Source of the DNA: the human T2T-CHM13v2.0 reference genome, Homo sapiens
Strand: one strand, 5' to 3'
NCBI RefSeq assembly: GCF_009914755.1
Contig: NC_060934.1
Length of the DNA stretch: 64,000 nucleotides
The notes below the pieces were generated by a model. It made no database searches. It had not been told where the DNA came from and saw only the letters and a list, made by a program, of their open reading frames with translations. Shown here one piece after another: positions 13,483 through 26,200 of this stretch. Numbering within the stretch: the first letter of the stretch is position 1; each line of letters opens with the position of its first letter. The translations under genes were made by a program, and so were the position numbers.

Positions 13483-14479
13483 GTAAGTAACTTGCCCACA
13501 TTTACACAACTCGTCAGTGGCAGAGCTGCAGCCAAGCACTGGGCTTTCTGACTCCACTGTGCTCCTGCCCTGCCTGTCTGGAGTGTCTCGTCCACATGAA
13601 CTTGGCTCCTTGATCTGCCTGCCATGCCTCACTTCATGTGTTCGGAACGTGTCAGCATTTCACTGCCCAATGGTGCAGGCCCCTGCGGCCAGCTCATTGC
13701 CACACAGCATGCCCCTTTCTGCCGTAACACAGCTGCTGTGGCCACACTGTGGTCTCCCTCACAGAGGATCCTGTGCCATAATGGAGGCAGACGACTTCCC
13801 ACAGTTGGGGGCAGTGAGCACTCTAGTCCCGGGATGGAGCTGTTCTTCATTTGCTGATTCAAGAAAATACCAGTCTGTACCTCCAAGACACCTGCAGTCT
13901 AGACCCCGGAGACATATAGAAAAGTGAGCCAGAAATGACAATGGAGAGTGACTGGTGCTGTGGAGGGTGAACACGGGCATAGAACACACAGAGGGGTACC
14001 CAGCCCAGGTGGTCTGGTGGTAGGAAGGCATCTAGAGGAAGCACTGTCAGCAGAGTGCTGAAGGATGAGTGGAGTCAGGGAGGGGAAAAGGTCTGTAGGG
14101 TATTGTACAAGAAGGTTTAGGAATGAACAGCTCAAGGGAAGGGCTGCAGAACCCCAGAGAGGGAGGCACGGACTTGGTAGTCAGACAAACATGGCTTTAA
14201 GCTCTGGTGTCTTAGATTTGGTGTTGGAAATGCTACTTCATTTCTCTGATCTCCTTGTCTGTAAAATGGGAATTCTACCCTGCAGTGCAGGGCTCTGAAT
14301 GTTTGTGAGCTCTAAGTGAATACACGTAAAGTAACCCAGAACACTGTGGGTTCATCTTTGATGGCCATTAAATAAAAGTGGCCGTTGTTCCTTTCATCTT
14401 TGAATTATGTCCAAGTGTGGTGTGCAGGGAAAGAGGAAGTGAACCGTGAACCTGGAGAGATGGAGAGTTGACTCGTGTG

Positions 14480-15170
14480 TCTCTCCCCAGTGGAGAACGT
14501 CAGAACCATCTAGGCAGGGAGGCAACACGATCTGATTTGCTTTGTATTAAGGTGACAGTAGCACTTGAAGAAGAATGGTTTAGAGAGGAGTGAGCCTCGA
14601 GGCAAGGTGGTTACTGTAGTGATACAGGTGAGAGTCCACGTGGCTTTCATATACCAGATAGTGGCTAGAGGGGTGCAAGGGAAAGGATGATGTGGAAATG
14701 TACTTGGAATAGAATCGATAGCACTTGATACAAGGAAACCAACAGAAAGGAAAACAAAATTCAAGAATATTTTGTGGATTTCTGGTTTTAAGCCATTACA
14801 GTTGATTAGAGGAACAAATTAGTTTGGCATTTGAGGTACCCATGAGGAACATTGAGATGGAGGGGTCAACCAGGCAAGTAGTGAGCTCAGAAGAGAAGTT
14901 GGGGCCAGAAAGGAGAGATTTGGGACCCAACAGAGGGGAGAAGGAAGTTGAATTAATGAGAGTGGGTGAGAGTCCCCTGGGAAAGTGTTTAGAGGAAGAA
15001 GAAAAGACCATTACATTTGAGGAAATTCAGAGAAGCAGAGTCCACAAAGGGACTGCGACTGAGTAGCCAGAAAGATGGGGGAAAGCAAGGAGGAAACCCC
15101 AGAAAGAAAAAAGCTTCAGTTCAAATATCAAATTGGTAGGAGGACTGCAGAGGACCCATCTGCATAGCGG
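14480..15170 (-). mobile_element. L2 LINE fragment
   Basis: Purine-rich L2 antisense text, e.g. ggttactgtagtgatacaggtgagag and agaagagaagttggggccagaaaggagagatttggga. Confidence 0.65.
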
Positions 15171-16169
15171 ACTTAGAGTTTTTTGTGAATGGGGAGGGAG
15201 TGTGGAGGTTGAGCGAATTCAGAAAGACATTTTGAAGAAGCCGAGGGACTAATTAGTTCTGGCCTGAAGAGAGTTAGGGCTTCTACTCCAGGTAGGGGGA
15301 GGGATGACCGATTTGCCAAGAAAGAGGCAAGAAGGTTGAGGGGACGCTGTCTGGTGGCCTCTGGGTTCTGTGACTCAAACTCCCTGTGGGGAGCTCAGCA
15401 TGGTGATGGGTGGAGGATTTGAGGAGGTGTCGCGGGTGGGAGCAGTTGAAATAGTTGGGAGGAAGATTTGGGGTCATTGTGGAAGGTCCAGTGGAAGTCT
15501 TATCCCTGCTTCCTCCTCCTCATCATCCTGCGCTTTGATCGTATGTTTGTGTGTGCATGTACATGTGTGTATCCATGTATCTTTGTATCTGACAGACATC
15601 AGTATTGGAATTATCTAAGGGGATAATCTCATTATTTGGGACACATGATAACTCTTCAATAAAATCTTCTTAAATATATCATTCAACAATTTTTGTATAT
15701 TAATGGACCTTGATGTAAATCATATTTTGTACTATAGACATTGTGTGAATACATGGACTAAATGACCTTGCTTCAGTCTAGCTCTAAAATTCGATTATTC
15801 TGCATATTCATAGCTTAATCTGTAAGGTTCACATTATTTCAAAGATATAAATTTTATTTCTTTAGAATAATTCATAATTGGGCTTCTCACTCATCAGGCT
15901 CCCCTTCTAAGCAGTTCGTGGTTAACTCTGTAGTATCTGCGCTCTCACCAAGACACTTACTGTATTTGGGACAATCTTTCTAAATTGTTTATAGGGTGAT
16001 GCCCATCCTTTGCAAGTAAAACATTGCCTTAGACATTTCCTTTTATGGTTTTCCAAAATGTTGCAGGCATTAGGCATAAAGAACATCCCTGTTGCTTTTT
16101 TGACCTGTTTAACGCAGTTTCTACTTAACGATTACCTGCAGGTGCTTCCCACACACTCGCCCTGCTCAA

Positions 16170-16330
16170 GGTGCTTTACAAATACTAATTCATGCACTCC
16201 TTCTGATAGACCCATGAGGTAGGGTCTGTCATTTTCATCTCTGTTTTACAGCTGAGGAAACTGAGGGGCAGAGAGGGAGGCCAGGTAACTTGCCCAGGCC
16301 ACGCAGCTAGTTATGTCCAAGTCAGATTAA
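16170..16330. mobile_element. MIR SINE
   Basis: ttttacagctgaggaaactgaggggcagagagg...aggtaacttgccc. Confidence 0.75.
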
Positions 16331-19126
16331 CTACCAAGAGTCATGCCCTGCTGTTTCTCCAGCACATCACTTTGCTGTGTCATTTACTAGCAAAGATGGG
16401 AACCTAAGTGGGAGGGTCTGTGTGTGCATGTGCACGCACATGTACAAGCATACCAGTGTTTCAGAATCATGGAGCAATACATTAACAAAAATATTTTGAG
16501 TGACACTGAGAACTACCTGACACACGTGTGCTTATGAAAACTATCGAATTAGAATGCTCTGTTCTGTGAGTGATACACCTCTGCTGCTTCCAGAGGCCGA
16601 GCATCAGTCAGTTGTTGGATGGTACCACACAGCAGGAGGTGTTGTACTTTCCTCCACCACACCCTGAGAGGACCAGTTCAAAAAAAAAAAAAAAAAAAAA
16701 ACAGAGACAACCCTGGGGTCAAGAGCATTTCTAGTAGAAGGATTACAGCTATTTCGGCTTTTTAGTGATGTGGGGTTCAGATCAAGAGAAGTTCACATTC
16801 TATGAGTCTTGTAGTCCTGACAGTCAATAAATGACTTAGTGCCTAAATGGTCTTTAGAGTGTTGAGATACTCTGAAACTAAAATCTTTATAACTCAATAC
16901 TTGGGATCTTTATTCAGTTTCGAAGTTATTAAATAGTTTAAAAGCTGGGTTGGCATCCCCCTGGGATCGAGGGCTTTGGCAGATCAGCCCTTAGTTCTGG
17001 GGTGCTCAGACCCGCAGGTGGGGCAGTCCTCAGGCCAGGGCAGGGTCCCTTTGTGTGGCTGGCTTTGAGTTAACCCTCTGAACCTTAGGGATGGTGCACA
17101 CAGAGGGGTGGTGCCCTCCCTGTCAACTCACAAAGGTTACTTCCTAGATTATGATGGGACATTCTCTGTATTCTGAGGGTTCCCATGACCCCGTGCATCA
17201 CTCTTCTTTCCCTGACTTTGTGGCTTATATTTTCTTAGGGAAACCATTTATTCTTTGCAAGCCCTGTTACATTTTAATCTGGAAGGAGTTTGCATCAGAG
17301 GAAACAATTGAAACCCACAAGAAACACAAATGAAATATTATTGTCCTTTTCCTTCATTGTTGGGATTTCTAAAGTTATCCCATATCTCTAAAAGTTTATT
17401 AACACCAGAAAAAATTTAATTAATTACTGACTTTTAATGTTAAATATGGTATCTGTGTTAAACATAGATTTTTTGTTTGTAGTAGATTTTACATCTGTAG
17501 GAAAAATTCCTTAAGCATTTTTAGTTTATCACCTATGGTAATAGCTGTTATTAGAGTCTGAGGCTTTAGTGCGTCTTCTGTGACTTACATGTGATTCTAC
17601 AAGAGTTTAAAAAGAGGAAGAGAATTGGTTTAAATGTCTGGATTTTCTTAATGAAATGTGATTCATTTGATAGATGTTAAATGCCATGTGAAAACTGACA
17701 TTTGACTTCAGACTTGAATTTCACAAGCGTTCTCTATGCCCTGTCCCCACATAGGCACTTGAGAGTGTAAGCCTAAGGAAAGAACCCTGGGGAGAGGCCT
17801 CAGCTTCTGAATTTTCCTGGTTGTGGTTCTTTCCTTCTAACCTGTTTGCTGTTGATGTGAGACTAGGGCTCCAAGGGTCAGGATGCTTCAGCAGCGCAGT
17901 GCTAACTGTGATTTAAGAAATTGGAACCCCAAAGAAGTAACTAGTATCATTTGTTATCTAGTTTTGAGAAGAGATTCTGTTTATAACATTGTTTATATAT
18001 TTCTCAGACTGCCTCACATTTTCCTTACTTTATTACTGAGGAAACCTTATTAAATGAGAAATAAATTTTAAGATATTGAACAGGGCATTTGGTCTCTAAC
18101 GTTGAGGCTTCCTTTACTAAATTTGTGAACTGTGTACACCCAGGGTGTGTTGCAGGCGGGCAGGTCAGGCAGAAGACATTGTGATCCCCAAGGGATTATT
18201 AAGTTTTTTTGTTGCTGAAAATGACACTTAGACATTCAACATAGCATCAGGCACGTGGAAACTTGTTTGCATAATTTAACTTTTTTTCTAGTTTGCTTTT
18301 GATCAGGAACTATCCAGATTGATGTGTACTAATCATATTGCCCGATTGTTGCCAGAAATCTATTTAGTGTTCAACTAGGTGTCATCAGTGTGTGCTATAA
18401 ATTCTATTTACTTCACCAGTACCTTCTAGAAGGAATTCTGTTCTAAAGTTCTCCAAAGAGCCCAAAAGTTGTACAGTTATGAAAGAACCTGTCATAAGAC
18501 CACACAAAGAACTATCTAAAGGTCATTCATTGGTTGTATTTTCAAAAGTATCAGATAATCTTCCCCTTTAAAACTTACTTTGTCCTTAACAAAGCAATAT
18601 TTTTTCATTATAACTTTACCTGCTGAAATTCAAGCAGATTAACCAGGAGATTCTAAATTAACATTGGCTGCATTTTCCATGGCCCCTAAATCAACTGTAT
18701 TTCAAGAGTAAGGAAAGTGGGTACAGTGGACACTTGTCTTGATCTTAGTGCGTAAAACCAGGCCACCATCTAAATTGCAGGCTTTTGTTAGTTTAGTAGA
18801 TCCCATGTTTCATACAAGCCATGGGGCAGGTGATTTTTGTGGACTCTGAAACATGCTTTTTGATGCTTGATTGCAAGAGTTTACTGTTCTCCTGATGCAG
18901 GAAGTTAGGGACTAGGTGTGGTCCTGGTGACTTTTATATATGGAAGAGCAAGGAAGTTCATTTTATGAATAAAGTGTTTTTGTACTGTTCTTGGTGGTAA
19001 TGTTGACATTTCTTGCTAAGACATTTTTCCTCTGTGGTCTTATCTCAAGTTAAGCGGGGGTGATGTTTCTTGGAAGAATTCTGAGCCCTGTGTAATTGCC
19101 TTAATCTTCTTGCTGTTGTTTTCTAG

Positions 19127-19227
19127 CATCCTCCAGGACAAATAGCAAGGAAATACAGTTCCTGCTCCACCATTTTCCTAGATGATAGCACAGTCAGTCA
19201 ACCAAACCTCAAGTATACAATTAAATG
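19127..19227 (+). CDS. CCNY: Cyclin Y exon (probably exon 4), 101 nt, [33 protein letters not shown](C)
   Basis: Acceptor gttgttttctag|CAT; donor ATG|gtgggt; phase 0 to 2. Contains RKYSS, the Ser100 14-3-3-binding phosphosite of cyclin Y. Confidence 0.97.
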
Positions 19228-19246
19228 GTGGGTATATGGATTTATT

Positions 19247-19262
19247 TCCTTCCTTCCTTCCT

Positions 19263-19292
<30 letters not shown>
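19247..19292. repeat. (TTCC)n plus poly-T tract just downstream of exon 4
   Basis: Read directly from the sequence. Confidence 0.92.
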
Positions 19293-19296
<4 letters not shown>

Positions 19297-20876
19297 AACT
19301 GAATGCTTTTTCTGTTCCTTAACCTGACAGCTAAGCTGGTTGGTTGTGGGGTCTGGGAGTGATAAGATTGGATGGGTGGGAGTAGGGGTAGCACTGATAA
19401 TTCAGGAAATCTTTTTAAAAAATGATTTTGGTAGTTAAGTGTGGGGTATTGAAATATTTTTACATAGTACTATTTACATTAAAAGACCAGAATCTTAAAG
19501 TATTTTAAATGTAGATTACTTAAAATATATTTTTTATTTTTGTTCATGCTTTCTACCCTTGCACTTTTTATTGAAGCCATCCTGGCATAACTCCACTAAC
19601 TTTTTACCTTCTAAATAAAATGAGACTCCTATGTTCCCAGTTGGAGACCCGGGGCTCCAGTAGAAAGCCTGCCTGGCCTAGTGAAGGTACACTTGCCTGG
19701 GGTCTGGAGATCTGAGTTCTGACCATGGCTCTCTCACCAACAAAGAGAACGTGGGTGGGATCCTTTCTGTGGGGCCTTTAATTCCATATTTTTAAATGGA
19801 GTTTATAAGGGAGGAAGGAAGGGGGAGTCTTGGGATAAACTTCTTTCCCTTACGGTGCTTCAGTTTCCGTACTTTAAAGAGGGAGGGAACACTGGTTTTT
19901 CCTTTATTGTACCACTAGCATTATGGTAATAATGACCCTTGGCAAGTACTATAGAGAACCTGATGTGCTTGGGCCTGTGGTCAGCAGCTCAGTTTTAAAA
20001 AATCTGAATTTTATCTCTATACTTGTTTCAGAAAGCACACATTTCACAATACATGTCAGCATATGAAATAAGTGTTTAAATTTTAAATAAGGAGTATTCG
20101 TCCATTTCAGTGGGCCAGGTTTTCAGGCCTAGAAGCCCTGTTCTGAGTATGACCACATGTGATGATGAGTCAGGCAGTGAGGACTATAGCCATCTGTAGT
20201 CAGTGTCTGCTCTAGGCAGAAGGTGGAGGACAAGGCCGCTTGGGTAGAGGCTGCCTGTTGGCACTGCGCTTGTCAGGTTCCGTGCTTCCAGGATCTAAGT
20301 GGCAATGCAGCCTCTTCCTTACTTCCTCAGCACCGGAGTGCACGGGAAGTGACTAGTGGGCATAAACTCACACTGGCAGCACTCACAGAGCTCTGTCTTA
20401 GCTCCACCACGCATGCCCTTGCCTGAGCCACGTTTACCCTTGGGCTGTGGTTTACTGAGGGGAAATGGGGTGTGCAGTACCTTTGGAAGTATTTTCCAGA
20501 TTAGGTTATTAGGACTCGCGGAGAGAAGTGGAAAGCCCTGAAGATCTGTGTACCACATGACTGTTGGCTTCTGCTCAATCTCTGAGGAGCCCAGAACAGA
20601 AGCTGCTAACTTCCCTTTAATCCTGGACTCCTCTCATTGGAAGCCAGGGCAGAGTAGCACAGTTTCCCATCCTGGGGCAGCGGGAGCTCTTGGGATTCAC
20701 AGGTGGCTCTGTCTTAGTTGCTCAACACTTTCATCCTTGGACCACTTAAAATTGCCACTGGCTGTGACACAGACACTTAGGAGCCTAGTGAGAGAACTGT
20801 GTGACAATTTGATAGTTCATCGGTCAACTCTAGGAGGCACAAACACCTAAGTTAGAAATATGTTGTCTGTGTAAAT

Positions 20877-22141
20877 CACTGTTTCTGGCCCTGGCTGCAC
20901 CTAGGAGTCACCTGGGAGCTTAAAAACACACTGATGATTGAGGTCTCCTTACAGATCTTGATTGAATCTGGCTGAGGCATACTGTGGGTATCTGGACTTT
21001 TAACAGACTTTGATTGAATCTGGCTGAGGTATACTGTGGGTATCTGGATTTTTAACAGCTCTTGATTGAATCTGGCTGAGGCATACTGTGGTTATTTGGA
21101 TGTGTAACAGCTCTTGATTGAATCTGGCTGAGGTAAATTGTGAGTATCTGGATTTTTAACAGATCTTGATTGAATCTGGCTGAGGTATGCTGTGAGTATC
21201 TGGATTTTTAACAGATCTTGATTGAATCTGGCTGAGGCATTCTCTGGGTATCTGGATTTTTAACAGATCTTGATTGAATCTGGCTGAGGTATACTGTGGG
21301 TATCTGGATTTTTAACAGCTCTTGATTGAATCTGGCTGAGGCATACTGTGGGTATTTGGATTTGTAACAGCTCTTGATTGAATCTGGCTGAGGTAAATTG
21401 TGAGTATCTGGATTTTTAACAGATCTTGATTGAATCTGGCTGAGGTATGCTGTGAGTATCTGGATTTTTAACAGATCTTGATTGAATCTGGCTGAGGCAT
21501 TCTCTGGGTATCTGGATTTTTAACAGATCTTGATTGAATCTGGCTGAGGTATACTGTGGGTATCTGGATTTTTAACAGATCTTGATTGAATCTGGCTGAG
21601 GCATACTGTGGGTATTTGGATTTGTAACAGCTCTTGATTGAATCTGGCTGAGGTATATTGTGAGTATCTGGATTTTTAACAGATCTTGATTGAATCTGGC
21701 TGAGGTATGCTGTGAGTATCTGGATTTTTAACAGATCTTGATTGAATTTGGCTGAGGTATACTGTGAGTATCTGGATTTTTAACAGATCTTGATTGAATC
21801 TGGCTGAGGCATACTGTGGGTATTTGGATTTGTAACAGCTCTTGATTGAATCTGGCTGAGGTATACTGTGAGTATCTGGATTTTTAACAGATCTTGATTG
21901 AATCTGGCTGAGGCATTCTCTGGGTATCTGGATTTTTAACAGATCTTGATTGAATCTGGCTGAGGTATACTGTGGGTATCTGGATTTTTAACAGATCTTG
22001 ATTGAATCTGGCTGAGGCATTCTCTGGGTGTCTGGATTTTTAACAGATCTTGATTGAATCTGGCTGAGGCATACTGTGAGTATCTGGATTTTTAAACCTC
22101 CCCAGGAGAGTCTCACAGGCAGCCAAAGTTGAAGACCCCAG
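20877..22141. mobile_element. MER5A1-like hAT-Charlie MITE whose centre has expanded into a minisatellite
   Basis: Left arm ccctggctgcacctaggagtcacctgggagcttaaaa and right arm ttttaaacctccccaggagagtctcacaggcagccaaagttgaagac are the inverted halves of MER5A1. Confidence 0.8.
20952..22095. repeat. 52-bp minisatellite, 22 copies
   Basis: Unit CTTGATTGAATCTGGCTGAGGYATACTGTGRGTATCTGGATTTTTAACAGAT recurs at exact 52-bp spacing from 20957 to 22049. Confidence 0.97.
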
Positions 22142-22361
22142 ATGGAAGTGGACAGCTACCCTCCCCTCCCCCACCAATGTCCCCCTGCCACTTTTAAATG
22201 AACTGCGGGTTAGAATGTAGAGAACAGAGAAGCTGAAGAGTAGGAACAAGCTATGAGACTTCAGTGTAGATTCTGGGCTTCCCTGATCCGAAGACATGGT
22301 CTCTGCACTGCACACATCTGAAACTTCTTCAGTCTGTAATTCAGTTGCTTTAAAAAGTATC

Positions 22362-22365
22362 TTCT

Positions 22366-22397
<32 letters not shown>

Positions 22398-22669
22398 TTT
22401 TTTTTTGAGACAGGATCTCTGTCCCCAGGCTGGAGTGCAGTGGCATGATCTCAGCTCACTGTAACTCCGCCTCCCAGGCTCAAGAGATCCTCCCGCCTTA
22501 GCCTTCCGAGTAGCTGGGATTACAGGTACACACTACCATGGCCAGCTAATTTTTGCATTTTTTGTAGAGACATTTGTTTCACCTTGTTGCGTAGGCTGGG
22601 CTCAAGCAATCTACCCACCTTGGCCTCCCAAAGTGCTGAGATTATAGGCGTCAGCCACAGTGCCCAGCC
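22362..22669 (-). mobile_element. AluJ
   Basis: Reverse Alu with (CTTTT)n/poly-T tail; TSD aaaagtatc(t/c)tcttttt. Confidence 0.92.
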
Positions 22670-23999
22670 AAAAGTATCCTCTTTTTAAAATGCACACTGG
22701 GAGCTGGGCAGGGTGGGACCAACTGAAGTAGAGCCATCAGAATCCTTCCCTGGAAATACCAGCATCTCACACTTGGTGTAGCTAAAGAGTCAAAAACATT
22801 TAGAGACATTAGCAGGTCCAGTTGAGTTCTTCAGCTAGAGGGTTGACAATATGAGAGGAAAGGGATACTCAGAAGGAAGAGTAGTGAAAAAGATAGGAAG
22901 TTGTGAAATCCACATGCCATCCCATTCTAAAATTTTGCCTACATCTTGCCCTACTCCTGTCCAAAGAAAACTCCTATTTTCTTTTTTGCTTTCTTTGCCT
23001 CCCGTTAACCCAGGTCCTCTTGCACCCTACTCCAGACATTAAAACTGATAACACAATCATTAATATTGTAGTTCAGCTTCATGGTGGGCATAAGTGAGCA
23101 TTTATGGGCCAGAGTTGCTATCTGAAATCCAGTTACAAGGTTGTAACTGTGAGAAGAATGCCCTAGGTTCTAAACAGCGATTTATAAGCTGATTTTTGGA
23201 AAATAATCCACCTGTAAAGTGGGGATTGCCAGAAATAAACGTATTTGCAAATTCTAGCTGGGGATGGGTGGAGGGTTGAATGCTAATCTAACAGTGAAAG
23301 AAAAGCTATAAAAAAGTTGGGTACTCATTCAGTGCTCACTCTTTCTGTAGACATAATTTTTTATTTTGAGAACTTGATTTTCCTATTTTTCCCCTAAATG
23401 CCAACAGCTGTGGTATGAATTTAGAGTTTGTCAGCCACACTTTGTGCCTCTGCAGCCAACCCCTCCCCACCAAGTCCTCTGACAAGCATAAGATGATGAT
23501 CAAAGAAAAGAGCGGAGGGTGGTGGGGAGCCCCTTTGCGCACTTGGCCATACCATCAGGGTCCTTGGCCTCCAGGGCCAGGGAACAGCTAATGCCCGTCA
23601 CAGCCCTGTCTATGGCTCAGCCCCACTGTGCTGCTAGAACTCACCCCCTCTTGCCCTTCAAAGGTTTTAGGATTGTCATATACATTGCTAATTTAGCTCT
23701 GGGTAAGAAGACAAATGAAGTGCCAAAAGTCACAAATCCATTTTGTTTTCTTGTGCAAGAAAATAGCATTTACTTCCTCCCCAGCTATGTGGCAAAAGCT
23801 GCTGAGCAAACCCTATAGTCCAAATGTTTTGTTCCCTGATAGGGCTCTGGCCCTTCCTTGGTGAAACTGCACCATTTTCTGAGGTCTTGGCAGAGCTGAC
23901 CAAGCCTCTGAAGTTGGGCACTCCGGGTCCCCCAGGTCCCCTGAGTTCTTTCTGTGTCCTAACCGATAATCAGAGTGCCTTGACCGCTCTTTGGCCTGG

Positions 24000-26200
24000 T
24001 AAACTTGGATTTGATAAGGGTGGTAAGAGCCGGTTAACTCTGTGGCTCGCCAGGGTTAATTGATCTGGTTAGCCACTCTGGGCAGAAACTAAAGGAGGCC
24101 TTAGGCACTTGTCTGGTAGGGTAGACACTGGTTCTGTCTGGAGGTGAGGCAGAAAAAATTAGCAGTGTCACAGCACTCCTCCGTCGGACAGCACCTACAT
24201 GGCTCCTGGGCTGTTCTCTGAGAGACTGGATCGTTCTGGCCCTGCGAAGGGGATATGCCTTGGGGTCCTTCACCATAGAAGCCTATAAACAAGGCACAGG
24301 CTTTGTTGCACAGATTGACAGTGAGGGTGGCTATCTATGCCCCTGCTTTCCAGGGGCCGGATGGCACCCCGTTCACTGCCAGCATGCACGGTAAGCCCCT
24401 CAAGACTGCTCCACCTGGATGGAAGGACACTGTTTCCCATCTTAGGTCCCTTGGATGGGGCTTCGTGGCTGAAATAGGGGAAGTAAAAACAATGACCGGC
24501 ACAGCTAAGCTGAGGAGTGCTGCAAAAACAAGGGAACCTGAAAAGAGACCAGAAAAAAAGGGAGATCCAACAAAACGGGTGTCAAGGAGCCAAATTTGAC
24601 AAGACCTTCTAAAGACAGGTCCAAAAACAAAATAGACAGCCCAGTACAATTCTCCTTAGACTTTTAAAAGTCCCTAAAGCCAGAGCGCCAGTTTACCACT
24701 AGGGTTAATCCTAAACCCTGGGCACTGCCTCTAGAAAAAAACCCAAGGACAGAAGGTGGTGAGCACCGCCACCTCTACACTGACAAGAAAGCAAAGTTTT
24801 CTTCAATGTGGTGCCATTCATTGGTTCCCTCTAAACAAAGAGTTTTGACTCTGGTGGCTCCAGGGCTGAGCGTACTCCATGCCTGCTGATCCTCACAGTT
24901 TCTGGGCCCCTGACTTATAAATGTGGATCCAGAGATCCATCCACCTGCCTTTGCGAGATGAGCACGCCTCCTGTTACAAATTAGACATGCTCCTCTTACC
25001 CCACTGTGGGTCTACATATCAGTCTCAAAACACAGTTTGGGGAGAAACATTCTCCTGGGAGCTGCCTTTAGAGGAACGCAGACAAATTCCATCTCTGGGC
25101 AAGGGCAATAAGAGCCACACTCCAGGGGGAGGCCAAATGAGAGTCAGTATGTGACCCCACCCAAGATAGATTGTATAGATACACGTCTCCCAGGAAGACT
25201 CAGAAAGGTAACAGCAGCTACTCCAAAACTAAAGAGGGTGAGGATTGTGCATCCTACACAGAACCCATACAACAGCTCTGTGTGGCCGATGCAAAAATGT
25301 AACAGCACCCGAAGGATGATGGTTGATTACCAAAAACTAAGGTGACTCTGGCCACACATGCTGCGGTCCCAAATGTTAGCCCCAAAAGACTAACTGCTTG
25401 TTTAGGAATATGAAAGATTGTCCTATAACAAAACTTTCTTGAACATACCCTTAGACCCAGAGTCCCAGGACATGTTTGCCTTCACCGGTGAGGCCCCCAG
25501 TGGACCCTTCAGGTTTTCCTCCAGGGGTGCTCACAAAACCCCACTACTGCCTTGGCTTGATGGCCAGAGACCTGGCTGTTCGGGTGAATGCCTTGCAGGT
25601 CGCCTAAAACATTGTATAGATAATATGTCACTGACTTACACAGGTTTGAGTCTTTTAAAAAAGGCTACCCAAAAGGTTCTAAAACACCTACAATTCCCAG
25701 AGGATAGGTTGTCAACCAACAGAAAGTCCAGGAACCAGGGGACACCATAAAAGTCCTGAACATGGTCTAGTCGGGTGAAGCTGGTTTTTCCAACAGCCGT
25801 ATTTGACAAAAGACACAGCTGCAAGCAGTTGAAATATTGCAGACCTTTGTAGAGCCACAAAGATATGAAAGGACCTTCATTTCCACTTGGCCCACTGTCT
25901 CAGGCCATCTTACTGCCTAATTAAAAGGGGGCGCAGTGGGGCAGAGATGCGTTTTTGGGGTGATTCCAGCCTCAGGTTTGACAAAAGAGACTGTGTGTAG
26001 AGTGAAGCTACAAGCCTGGGCCTGATTCAGTTGTCAGCTGATGGCCTCTTTGGGCAGTCACTTCCTTCAAGACGACTGCTAAACTAGTCCATGGAGCTGT
26101 ACTGTGCCTGAACCCTCATCCTGGTGGTCTCACTTCTGGGATATAACCTTGAGTGGAAATTGGCCTACAGAGTGGCTCTACTTTTCCTGGAGGTCTTAAG
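24000..26200 (+). mobile_element. Degenerate class III (ERVL-like) endogenous retrovirus internal region with protease and RT remnants
   Basis: ORF fragments IVHPTQNPYNSSVWPMQKCNSTRRMMVDYQKL (25151-25345) and FLNIPLDPESQDMFAFT (from 25418) match retroviral RT N-terminal motifs. A frameshifted protease motif lies near 24846-24893. Outer boundaries uncertain. Confidence 0.8.

Noticed and set aside
16680-16701. Isolated poly-A run as a possible retroposon tail
   Set aside because: No upstream element and no flanking duplication, unlike the site at 7740-7775.
20952-22095. CRISPR-like appearance (constant block alternating with variable block)
   Set aside because: The variable parts are point variants of one sequence, not unique spacers. 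There are no cas genes and the context is a primate intron. The same applies to the 41-bp and 64-bp arrays.
25151-25750. Reverse transcriptase near a repeat array suggesting a retron, DGR or RT-CRISPR system
   Set aside because: The RT is a broken retroviral fossil with stops and frameshifts and no intact YxDD. Its closeness to the 52-bp VNTR looks coincidental.
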